Source: Planctomycetes bacterium ADurb.Bin069
GTDB taxonomy: Bacteria > Planctomycetota > UBA8108 > UBA8890 > UBA8898
Reading direction: 5' to 3'
NCBI GenBank assembly: GCA_002070955.1
Contig: MWEK01000012.1
Coordinates: forward strand, 35,514 to 99,513
Length of the DNA stretch: 64,000 bases
Every line of letters starts with the position of its first letter. Position 1 is the stretch's first letter. Below are positions 13,870-22,441 of the stretch, in pieces. The notes under the pieces were generated by a model that saw only the letters and a list, made by a program, of their open reading frames with translations, was not told where the DNA came from and searched no databases. Made by a program: the position numbers and the translations under genes.

Positions 13870-14514
13870 ATGCCGCCTTCTGAACGGACAATCGGCCGCC
13901 TGAGCCTGTACCGCCGCCTGCTCAAACAGGCCGCCGCCGCGGGACACGAGCACGTGTACTCCCACGAGCTCGGCGCGCGGGCCGGAGCGACGGCTTGCCA
14001 GGTCAGGCGCGACATCATGGGGCTTGGCTGCGCTGGAAGCCCGAGCCGGGGGTACAAGGTGAAGACGCTGCTCGACCGGATCGAATTTTACCTCGATGCG
14101 CCCGTGGTCGAGCGCGTCGCGCTGGTCGGCGTCGGGAATCTGGGCCGGGCGATTCTGTCGTTTTTTCAGCGCCGCCGGCCGAAGCTCGAGATCACGGCGG
14201 CGTTCGACAGCGACCCGTGGAAGACAAACCGCGTCGTCCAGGGCGTGCGCTGCCACGCCATGGCCGAATTGGAGCCGGTGGTGAGGGAGCAGGGCATCAG
14301 GCTCGCCGTTCTGACCGTGCCCGCCGCGGCGGCGCAGGAGGCGGCCGACGCCCTGGTGGCGGCGGGGATCACGGGGATCCTGAGCTTCGCGCCGGCGCCC
14401 CTGCGCGTGCCGCTCGGCGTTTTCGTCGAGGACATGGATTTGGCGATGTCCCTGGAGAAAGTGGCGTACTTTGCCCGGCGGCACGTTCGGGCGCCGCGGC
14501 GGGGCGGGAAGTGA
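13870..14514 (+). CDS. rex: Second Rex-family redox-sensing repressor (paralog), divergent from the first
   Basis: MPPSERTIGRLSLYRRLL...VALVGVGNLGRAILSF... is about 55-60% identical by eye to the rex at 12998..13666. ATG at 13870. Confidence 0.8.
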   Translation: MPPSERTIGRLSLYRRLLKQAAAAGHEHVYSHELGARAGATACQVRRDIMGLGCAGSPSRGYKVKTLLDRIEFYLDAPVVERVALVGVGNLGRAILSFFQRRRPKLEITAAFDSDPWKTNRVVQGVRCHAMAELEPVVREQGIRLAVLTVPAAAAQEAADALVAAGITGILSFAPAPLRVPLGVFVEDMDLAMSLEKVAYFARRHVRAPRRGGK

Positions 14515-14524
14515 GGGCCCTCCG

Positions 14525-16531
14525 ATGAAATGCGCGGGCGACATCCAGCTCGTACGGACGATCAAGGAGCGCTGCCGCATCTGCTTCACCTGCGTGCGGG
14601 AATGCCCCGCCAAGGCCATCAGGATCGTCGAAGGCCAGGCCGAGGTGGTGCCCGAGCGCTGCATCGGGTGCGGCAACTGCATGCGGGTGTGCAGCCAGAA
14701 CGCCAAGCAGGTGCTCGACGGGAAGCCGGACACGGCCGCGCTGCTAGCCTCGGGCGCGCCCGTCGCGGCCCTGGTCGCCCCGAGTTTTCCGGCGGAGTTC
14801 GTCGAGTGCGGGTGGCGCGAGTTCGTGGGCATGTTGCGCGCGCTGGGCTTCGCCTTCGTCAACGAGGTCGCTTTCGGCGCCGATATCGTCGCCGAACGCT
14901 ACCGGCGCCTGCTCGCCGAGCATGACGGGAAGCGCTACATTGCCACGACCTGTCCGGCGATCATCTCCTTCGTGGAGCAGTACCACCCCGAGCTGGTCAA
15001 GTTCCTGGCGCCGGTGGTCTCGCCCATGGTGGCGGAGGCGCGGGTGCTGCGCAGCATCCACGGCGACGGGGTTAAGCAGGTCTTCATCGGCCCCTGCATC
15101 GCCAAGAAGGGCGAGGCGGCCAGCGAGAACGTTCCGGACGAGGTCGATGCCGCCCTGACCTTTCAGGAGCTCCGGCAGATGTTCGCCGAGGCCGGCATCA
15201 CGCCGGAAAACGTGCGGCCGAGCGATTTCGACCCGCCGCGCGCCGGTCTCGGGGCGCTCTTCCCCTTGAGCCGCGGCTTGCTCCAGACCGCGGGGCTCGA
15301 CGAGGACCTGCTCACGGGCCACGTGGTCGTGACGGGCGGACGGCAGAACTTCGTCCAGGCCCTGCGCGAGTTCGAGAAGGGCGACCTCAACACGCGGCTC
15401 CTGGAGATTCTGGCCTGCGAAGGCTGCGTGATGGGGCCCGGCGTCACGAACGATACGCCGCTTCTGACCCGGCGGGCCAACGTCAGCCGCTACGTGCGCG
15501 AATGCCACGCGACGCTGGACCTGGCGCGCTTCCGGGCGGACCTGGACCGATGCGAGAAAATCGATTTCACGCGGGGGTTCAAGGTCTACGATCAGCGCAT
15601 GCCGGTGCCGCCCGAGGAGGAGATCAGGAATGTGCTGGAGCGCATGGGCAAGGAGGAGCCCGCCGACGAGCTGAACTGCGGCGCCTGCGGCTACGACACC
15701 TGCCGCGAGCACGCCGTGGCGATCATCGAGGGGCTCGCCGAGCACGAGATGTGCCTGCCGCATTCCATCGAGCGGCTGCACAAGACGGTGAAAGACCTGG
15801 CCGCTTCGAATCGACAGCTCGCCTCGACCCAGGAGGCGCTGCTCAACTCCGAGCGCCTCGCGAGCATGGGGCAGCTCGCCGCCGGCATCGCCCACGAGGT
15901 CAACAACCCCCTGGGCGTGGTGCTGATGTTCGCGCATCTGCTCCGCGAGCAGCACGCCAAGAACCCGGCGCTTGCCCAAGACCTGGCCCTGATCGTCGAG
16001 CAGACCGATCGCTGCAAGAAGATCGTGGCGGGCCTGCTCAATTTCGCGCGCCAGACCAAGGTTCTCAGGCAGCCCTTCGATGTGCGCGAGCTCGTCAACC
16101 GCACGCTTCAGACCATGCCGCCCCCCGCGGGCGTCAAGGTGCGCGTCGAGCATGGAATCGAAGACCCGGTCGCCGAGATCGACCGCGATCAGATCGCGCA
16201 GGTCCTCGTCAATCTGATCACGAACGGGTACCAGGCCATGGCGGGCGGGGGCGTGTTGAGCGTGCGCACCCGCGGCGATGCCGACACGGCGGTCATCGAG
16301 GTGGCCGACACCGGCGTGGGCATCCCCAAGGAGAACCTGACGAAGATCTTCGAGCCGTTCTTCACGACCAAGCAGATCGGCACGGGCACGGGCCTGGGGC
16401 TCGCGGTGAGCTACGGGATCACCAAGATGCATAACGGCGGCATCGCCGTGGAATCCAACATCGACCCCGCCCGGGGGCCGACCGGAAGCACGTTCACCGT
16501 CACGCTGCCGCGCCGGGGGGCCGACGCTTAG
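14525..16531 (+). CDS. Putative sensory [FeFe]-hydrogenase (HydS-like, group C type) fused to a histidine kinase (HisKA + HATPase_c)
   Basis: N-terminal 2x 4Fe-4S ([23 protein letters not shown]). H-cluster-like motifs [22 protein letters not shown] and [12 protein letters not shown] Cys-rich linker CGACGYDTC is followed by the H-box (IAHEVNNPL) and N/G1/G2 boxes (LITNGYQA...DTGVGI...[11 protein letters not shown]). Confidence 0.85.
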   Translation: MKCAGDIQLVRTIKERCRICFTCVRECPAKAIRIVEGQAEVVPERCIGCGNCMRVCSQNAKQVLDGKPDTAALLASGAPVAALVAPSFPAEFVECGWREFVGMLRALGFAFVNEVAFGADIVAERYRRLLAEHDGKRYIATTCPAIISFVEQYHPELVKFLAPVVSPMVAEARVLRSIHGDGVKQVFIGPCIAKKGEAASENVPDEVDAALTFQELRQMFAEAGITPENVRPSDFDPPRAGLGALFPLSRGLLQTAGLDEDLLTGHVVVTGGRQNFVQALREFEKGDLNTRLLEILACEGCVMGPGVTNDTPLLTRRANVSRYVRECHATLDLARFRADLDRCEKIDFTRGFKVYDQRMPVPPEEEIRNVLERMGKEEPADELNCGACGYDTCREHAVAIIEGLAEHEMCLPHSIERLHKTVKDLAASNRQLASTQEALLNSERLASMGQLAAGIAHEVNNPLGVVLMFAHLLREQHAKNPALAQDLALIVEQTDRCKKIVAGLLNFARQTKVLRQPFDVRELVNRTLQTMPPPAGVKVRVEHGIEDPVAEIDRDQIAQVLVNLITNGYQAMAGGGVLSVRTRGDADTAVIEVADTGVGIPKENLTKIFEPFFTTKQIGTGTGLGLAVSYGITKMHNGGIAVESNIDPARGPTGSTFTVTLPRRGADA

Positions 16532-16548
16532 CGCGGAAGGAGAGATTC

Positions 16549-17697
16549 GTGGGAGCAACGACACTGAAAATCCTGGTGGTCGATGACGAGCCTGGGATGC
16601 AGATCGGCGTCGAGCGCGCCCTCAGGGACTACGCCGTGCATGTCGCCGAGGTGAACGAGGATGTGCGCTTCGAGGTCGAAACCGCCGGGAGCGGCGAGGA
16701 TGCGCTGGCGCGCATCGAGAACGTCCCGGCGCCGCCGCACCTCCTGCTGCTGGATCACATGCTGCCCGGCATGACCGGCCTGGATGTGCTCGACCGCCTG
16801 GCGGGCAGGGATCTGGAGCTCCTCACCATCATGATCACGGCGTATGCGTCGCTGGAGACCGCCGTGACGGCGACGAAGCGCGGGGCCTACGATTTTCTGG
16901 CCAAGCCCTTCACGCCGGCCGAGCTCAAGAACGTGATCCAGAAGGCGGCGGCCCGGCTGCTCCTGGCGCGCCAGGCGCGCGCGCTGGCCCGCGAGCGGCA
17001 CCAGGTGCGCTTCCAGTTCATATCGGTGCTGGCGCACGAGCTCAAGGCGCCCCTGGCCGCCGTCCAGGGCTACCTGGCCATCATGCGCGACCGCGCCGCC
17101 GGCGATACGATCGACGATTACGACGAGGCGATCGGGCGCTGCCTGGCCCGGGTGGAGGGGATGCGCAAGCTGATCCTCGATCTGCTCGATCTCACGAAGA
17201 TCGAATCCGGCCAGCGCGCGCGGGAGATCGCCCCGCTGGATCTCTGCGACGCCGTGCGCCACGCGCTGGACACCTACCGGCCCGAGGCGGATGCGCGGCG
17301 GATCACGCTGGAGTTCGCGCCCGCGGGGCCGGTGCCGATGGAAGCCGACCGGAGCGAGATCGAGGTGATTCTCAACAACCTGCTCTCCAACGCCGTCAAG
17401 TACAACCGCGACGGCGGGAGCGTGACCGTGGAGTGCGGGGCCGAGGACGGCACCGTGACGATCGGCGTCGCCGACACGGGCATCGGCATGGGGCCTGAGG
17501 ATGTCAAGAAGCTGTTCGGCGATTTCGTGCGCATCAAGAACGAAAAGACCCGCAAGATCTCCGGCAGCGGCCTGGGCCTGGCGATTCTCAAGAAACTGGC
17601 GCTCTTGAACGGGGGCGACGTGAAGGTGGAGAGCACTCCTGATGTCGGGACGCGCTTCACCGTGACGCTCAACCAGCGTCAGACAAGCAAGGAATAG
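16549..17697 (+). CDS. Hybrid sensor: N-terminal receiver domain fused to histidine kinase (REC-HisKA-HATPase_c)
   Basis: GTG start at 16549 with GGAAGGAGAG upstream. REC motif (LKILVVDDEP...LLLLDHMLPG), H-box (LAHELKAPL) and ATPase boxes (LLSNAVKYN...DTGIGM...GSGLGLAI). Confidence 0.85.
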   Translation: MGATTLKILVVDDEPGMQIGVERALRDYAVHVAEVNEDVRFEVETAGSGEDALARIENVPAPPHLLLLDHMLPGMTGLDVLDRLAGRDLELLTIMITAYASLETAVTATKRGAYDFLAKPFTPAELKNVIQKAAARLLLARQARALARERHQVRFQFISVLAHELKAPLAAVQGYLAIMRDRAAGDTIDDYDEAIGRCLARVEGMRKLILDLLDLTKIESGQRAREIAPLDLCDAVRHALDTYRPEADARRITLEFAPAGPVPMEADRSEIEVILNNLLSNAVKYNRDGGSVTVECGAEDGTVTIGVADTGIGMGPEDVKKLFGDFVRIKNEKTRKISGSGLGLAILKKLALLNGGDVKVESTPDVGTRFTVTLNQRQTSKE

Positions 17698-17737
17698 ACG
17701 CGCGCCCGGGCGCGCGAAGCGGAAGCGAGGTGCATCC

Positions 17738-19162
17738 ATGTGTGCGCTGCCGGCCATGCGCGTGAGCGCGGGCTGCATCGATTTCATCAACGAGGCGCGT
17801 TTCAACGCGCTGCTGGCGCCGAGCCGCCCCGACCCGGGCCGCGTGCGCGAAATCATCGACAAGAGTCTCGCGAAGGAGGCCCTGTCGCTGGAGGAGACGG
17901 CGGTCCTGCTGGGGGCGGAGGATCCCGGCCAGATCGAGGCGATCTTCCAGGCCGCGCGGACTCTCAAGGAGCGGGTCTACGGGAACCGCATCGTGCTCTT
18001 CGCGCCGCTTTACATCGGCAACCATTGCGTCAACGACTGCGCCTATTGCGGCTTCAAGCGCTCGAACAAGGAAGCCGTTCGGCGGACGCTGCGCGGCGGG
18101 GAGCTCGAGGCCCAGATCCGGGCGCTCCAGCGCGCCGGGCACAAGCGCCTGATTCTGGTCTTCGGCGAGCACCCCGCCTACGATGCGGAGTCCATCGCCG
18201 AGGCCGTGCGCACGGCCTATCGCATCAAGGAAGGCCGCGGCGAGATCCGGCGCGTCAACATCAACGCGGCGCCCCTGGATGTGGAGGGCTTCCGCGCCGT
18301 CAAGGCGGCCGGCATCGGGACGTACCAGATCTTCATGGAAACGTACCACCGCGCCACCTACGCCCGCCTCCACCCGGCCTACACGCGCAAGGGGGACTAC
18401 CTGTACCGCCTGGATGCGTTGAATCGGGCCCTCGAGGCCGGTTGCGACGATGTGGGCATCGGCGCCCTTTTCGGACTCTACGACTGGAAGTTCGAGGTGC
18501 TCGGGCTCGTCGCCCACGCGCTCCATCTCCAGGAGCGCTTCCGCGTGGGGCCCCACACGATCAGCTTCCCGCGCATCAAACCCGCCTCGGGCGTGTGCCT
18601 CGACGATTGCCACGACGTGAGCGACGAGGAGTTCGCCCGCGTCGTGGCGATTCTGCGCCTGGCGGTGCCCTATACGGGCCTCATCCTGACGGCGCGCGAG
18701 CCCGCGGCGCTCAGGCGCCGCCTCATGGCGTTCGGCGTGTCGCAGATCGACGCGGGCACGCGCCTTGAGATCGGCGGCTACACCGAAGCCGGCGATGCGC
18801 AGGTCATGGAGCGCGAGCAGTTCAGCCTGGGGGACGTGCGCTCGTTGGACGAGGTCATCTTCGAGCTGGTCGAGGACGGCTACGTGCCGAGCTTCTGCAC
18901 GGCGTGCTACCGGCTCGGCCGCACGGGGGAGCACTTCATGGAGTTCGCGATTCCCGGCTTCATCAAGCGCTTCTGCACCCCGAACGCGCTGACGACCTTC
19001 AAGGAATACCTGATCGACTACGCCTCGCCGCGCACGCGCGCGGCCGGCGAGCGCCGCATCGCGGCGGAGCTGGCCCAGTTGCCCGACGATCCGCAGAAAG
19101 CGGCGCTCATGCGCCGGCTGGAGGCGATCGAAACCGGCACGGCGCGGGATCTGTACTGCTGA
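17738..19162 (+). CDS. hydG: [FeFe]-hydrogenase maturase HydG (radical SAM tyrosine lyase)
   Basis: Radical SAM CNDCAYC motif. C-terminal auxiliary-cluster motif FCTACYRLGRTGEHFME is characteristic of HydG. ThiH-like overall. Confidence 0.9.
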   Translation: MCALPAMRVSAGCIDFINEARFNALLAPSRPDPGRVREIIDKSLAKEALSLEETAVLLGAEDPGQIEAIFQAARTLKERVYGNRIVLFAPLYIGNHCVNDCAYCGFKRSNKEAVRRTLRGGELEAQIRALQRAGHKRLILVFGEHPAYDAESIAEAVRTAYRIKEGRGEIRRVNINAAPLDVEGFRAVKAAGIGTYQIFMETYHRATYARLHPAYTRKGDYLYRLDALNRALEAGCDDVGIGALFGLYDWKFEVLGLVAHALHLQERFRVGPHTISFPRIKPASGVCLDDCHDVSDEEFARVVAILRLAVPYTGLILTAREPAALRRRLMAFGVSQIDAGTRLEIGGYTEAGDAQVMEREQFSLGDVRSLDEVIFELVEDGYVPSFCTACYRLGRTGEHFMEFAIPGFIKRFCTPNALTTFKEYLIDYASPRTRAAGERRIAAELAQLPDDPQKAALMRRLEAIETGTARDLYC

Positions 19163-19202
19163 GAGGGGGGAATCCGCGCCGCGGCGCCGCGGCCGCGCCT
19201 CT

Positions 19203-21197
19203 CTATTCGATGGCGCGGATCGCGGCGTCCGCCGACCATTTGGCGCGGGGTATCTGCGCGATTTTTCGGAGGGCGGGCAGCGCCGGCGCGGCGGGCTTGC
19301 CGATGGCGCCCAGCGCCGCGGCGACCGAACGCAGCACATGGACCTGCTGGCCCTCCGCCGAGGCGGCGTCGATCAACGCCGGGACCGCCGGCGCGGCCTC
19401 CCGGCCGATCGCCGCGAGGGCGTTGGCCGCCATCATCCGAACGCCGGCGTCGGAGTCCTGGAGCGCGGCCGCCAGCATGTCCAGCGCCGCGACGCTCTCC
19501 TGCCCCCTGTCGCGCAGCGCCAAGGCCGCCAAGCCGCGGGTGATCGGATCGGGATCCGACAGGGCGCGGCCGATGTCGGCAATGCTCCCCGCGGGCCTGC
19601 GCGGTTCGGTCACCGCCGCGGCGGCCGCCCACGCCTCCGGGCCCGTCTTGGCGAGAATGATGCAGTCGACGCCGAGGTTGTAGCCCCCGGACGCCTCGCG
19701 CTTGCCGAGGCACACGAACGTCAGGGTGTGCCGGCCCTTCGCGAGGCTGGGCCAGCCGACCTGGTAGGCGAGGCCGACGTAGGTCTCGGGAGCGTATCCG
19801 TCGAACTGCGTCCGCTCGATCACGTCGGCGCCCGGCTCGTGCTCGAGCTGCGCCGCGCCGGGGGCCTTGCCGTCGAGAAGCACGGTGTAGATCCCGTAGT
19901 CGCCCGCCTGGGCGACTTCGGTGTACACCTCGTAGACGCCGTCCTCGGGCGCGTCGAAGGGGATTTCGAGCTTGGCGCCCGGGCCCTCGGCGGCGAAGAA
20001 GATCACATCCTTGGACCAGAAAAGCTCGGGGATGAGGGACGCCTCGCCGCCCGCGGCCTTGACCTCGGCGAGGGATTGCTCCACCTCGATTTGCGCGGCG
20101 TTGCCGTGGGGCAGCCGCGCGGAGCCGTAGGGCACGGGGGGAAGATCCCGCGCGATGCCTTCTTGGTACCAGAAGGCGACGCTCGCGATGCAATCGGTGC
20201 GCTCGCCGAAGCACGATTTGACTGAGCCGTCGGCGTTGTAAGTCCAGCCCCGGTGCTCCATCTCCGCCTTGAGCGCGGACGTGAAGGGAATGGGATCGGT
20301 GAGGTGCCAGCGGTAGGCCGTCATTCGCGCGCCGAGCCCGGTGCCCTCGGCCACCGTGACGCCGTACAGGGGTCCGTCGTTGACATGCAGGCCCCAGGCG
20401 TCGTTGAAGTAGTCCTCGCTGCCCGTGCCCACGATCTCGGGGCGCCGCCCGTCCACCCAGAAGAAGTCATCGCCTTCCCCGAACCAGCCGGCCTCGGCCT
20501 GGACGACGGACATCACGGTGCCCACGTAATGCCCCCGGCCTTTGACGTTCAGGAATTCGTACCTGGAGCCATCCGCCGGTGCGGGCAGCGCCTGGCGGTA
20601 CCACGCGTGGAAGTAGCGCGTGTCCCGCGGGAGCGACGGCACTTTCTGCCAGTCGACGTGGTAGTAGAGCATGGTCACGCGGCGGCGGCCCTCGTTGGTG
20701 ATGGTGATCTTGCACGACTTGTGGAACGGCATCGGCCAGTAGCAGTTGCGGGCGCGGCCCGCGGAGCTGTTCCGAACCATGAGGGACTCGACCTCGGCCT
20801 CGACGCCGTTGCCGACGGCGAAGAAATCGCCCACCGGCGCGTCGACGCTGGGGGTGGGGCTCCCGTCGTAGTACACGCGCAGGCGCAGGAGCCGCGGCCA
20901 GCCGTACTCGTTGTCCGCGATGGTCAGCCAGATGTGGGTGACGACGCCGGGGCCTGCCAGGTCGGCGAGGACCGTCGTCTCGCCGGGGATCGGGCGCGCG
21001 CTGTCGTCGTTCGAGTCCCAGTCGGGATTGTTCGACGAGGCGCGCATCGCCGTGAAGTCCTTCGGCCGGGTCAGGCCGTAAGGATCGGGGTAGGCGGGGG
21101 CCGCGCGGTCGCTGCAGCCGGACGCCGCGGCGATGAAGAGCGCGGCGGGGAACCACGAGAGCAGAAGCTGTGTTTTCATGGGTTCAGTATACCTCAT
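19203..21197 (-). CDS. Secreted lipoprotein: DUF2961 (GH172-like) domain fused to C-terminal HEAT/PBS-lyase-like repeats
   Basis: Possible lipobox (LFIAAASGC). DUF2961 blocks GPGVVTHIWLT...GTGSEDYFNDAWG. The C-terminal GLAALALRDRG...DSDAGVRMMAANALAAIG run is HEAT-like. The exact start (21197 or 21179) is uncertain. Confidence 0.7.
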   Translation of the reverse strand: MRYTEPMKTQLLLSWFPAALFIAAASGCSDRAAPAYPDPYGLTRPKDFTAMRASSNNPDWDSNDDSARPIPGETTVLADLAGPGVVTHIWLTIADNEYGWPRLLRLRVYYDGSPTPSVDAPVGDFFAVGNGVEAEVESLMVRNSSAGRARNCYWPMPFHKSCKITITNEGRRRVTMLYYHVDWQKVPSLPRDTRYFHAWYRQALPAPADGSRYEFLNVKGRGHYVGTVMSVVQAEAGWFGEGDDFFWVDGRRPEIVGTGSEDYFNDAWGLHVNDGPLYGVTVAEGTGLGARMTAYRWHLTDPIPFTSALKAEMEHRGWTYNADGSVKSCFGERTDCIASVAFWYQEGIARDLPPVPYGSARLPHGNAAQIEVEQSLAEVKAAGGEASLIPELFWSKDVIFFAAEGPGAKLEIPFDAPEDGVYEVYTEVAQAGDYGIYTVLLDGKAPGAAQLEHEPGADVIERTQFDGYAPETYVGLAYQVGWPSLAKGRHTLTFVCLGKREASGGYNLGVDCIILAKTGPEAWAAAAAVTEPRRPAGSIADIGRALSDPDPITRGLAALALRDRGQESVAALDMLAAALQDSDAGVRMMAANALAAIGREAAPAVPALIDAASAEGQQVHVLRSVAAALGAIGKPAAPALPALRKIAQIPRAKWSADAAIRAIE

Positions 21198-21305
21198 GAG
21201 AAGGAGGCCGCGCGGCGGCGCGGGAACTTCGCGCGCGGCGGCGCGGCGGGGGATTCGGGCGCCTTCGCCGCCGCGGCCTGCCGGACTTTCGCGGCGGCGC
21301 CGCCC

Positions 21306-22433
21306 TTACAACTCGACCCTCGTACAGCGCAGAAGAGTCAAGAGCGCAAAGGCCGTTCCGTACTGCTGGTGATAGTCGTAGAGGGGATAATCCCACCAGG
21401 AGCCGTCCTTCTCCTGGAGCCCGACGAGGAGCGCGGCCATGCGGTCGCGATAAGGCGCCGCCACGGAGGGGTCCAGCGCGTCCATGCAGAGCGCGGCGTA
21501 GTAGTGGCCGTAGTAGAAGAAGTAGCCCGCCACCTGGAACCAGGCCTCGTGCGGAATGGGGCGCTTGCGGCCGATGCTCAGCCACCCGTTGCGCGCGAAC
21601 AGCCGCTCGAGCCAGGTCCGCAGGACCTCGTCGGTGACGGCGCCCCCCCACAGCCTGAGGGCGACGTTGCAGGCCTGGGAGCGGCCCAGGCTCCCCGCGG
21701 GGCGGTTGACGAGGCGCATCGGCCGCCACTTGTGCGACTCGGCGTACAGGTAGGAGCTGTCCGGCTTGCGCTGCCTCAGGATGGATTGCATGCCGCGGGC
21801 GACGAGCTCCGGCGGAACTCGAATCCCCGCGTCGGCGGCCTCCTTCAGGGCCACCAGCACCGTCGCCGTCACGAAACTCGGCGAAGCGTCGCTCGGGCGC
21901 TGCGTGCGAGCCTCGAAATCGTAGTAGGCCCACCCGCCGGAGATGCACTCGTACCGCGCGAGGTAATCGATCTGGCTCGCGATCAACGCCTGATAGGCCG
22001 CCTGCTCCTCAGCGTCGCGCGTCCGGGCGCGCAGCCTGACGAGGGCCTGAATTGCGTAGGCGTGTCCCCACACGTTGTAGGTCGTGTCGGCCGTGGCGCG
22101 GCGGAGCTTCGGAAGCTGGGCGCGCATCCAGCTCCCGCCCCGGGCGATGGCGTCCCGGACGGCCGGCCGGTCGTCCGCGCTCTCGATCAACGCGGCGAGG
22201 CACAGCGCCGTGGTTCCCGTGCGGAAGGCGTCGTGCGCGCCGGGGACCGGCGCGTAGATGTTGAGGTTTTTCGTGTTACGCGGCGAGCCCCAGCAGCCGT
22301 CGCGCTCCTGGCGCGCGATCAGAAAATCAATGCCGCGCCTGATGGCCAGGCGCACATCCTCGGGATTCGCCGCCCCGCGCGCGGGCGGCGCGGCGGCGAG
22401 CAGCACCGCCGTGCAGAGAAGCGTCCGGAGCAT
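21306..22433 (-). CDS. Secreted prenyltransferase/squalene-cyclase-like (QW-motif, alpha-alpha toroid) repeat protein
   Basis: Signal peptide MLRTLLCTAVLLAAAPPARGAA. Repeated QxxDGxW motifs (RQERDGCWGS, ISGGWAYY, LQEKDGSWWD). The start coordinate is +/-2 nt; it overlaps or abuts the upstream gene's stop. Confidence 0.6.
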   Translation of the reverse strand: MLRTLLCTAVLLAAAPPARGAANPEDVRLAIRRGIDFLIARQERDGCWGSPRNTKNLNIYAPVPGAHDAFRTGTTALCLAALIESADDRPAVRDAIARGGSWMRAQLPKLRRATADTTYNVWGHAYAIQALVRLRARTRDAEEQAAYQALIASQIDYLARYECISGGWAYYDFEARTQRPSDASPSFVTATVLVALKEAADAGIRVPPELVARGMQSILRQRKPDSSYLYAESHKWRPMRLVNRPAGSLGRSQACNVALRLWGGAVTDEVLRTWLERLFARNGWLSIGRKRPIPHEAWFQVAGYFFYYGHYYAALCMDALDPSVAAPYRDRMAALLVGLQEKDGSWWDYPLYDYHQQYGTAFALLTLLRCTRVEL

Positions 22434-22441
22434 GCCGGGCC

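Noticed and set aside
19163-19202. GC-rich palindrome (ccgcggcgccgcgg) between convergent hydG and the DUF2961 gene, as a possible bidirectional terminator
   Set aside because: It has no U-tract, and such palindromes are frequent by chance in about 70% GC DNA. It remains unassigned.
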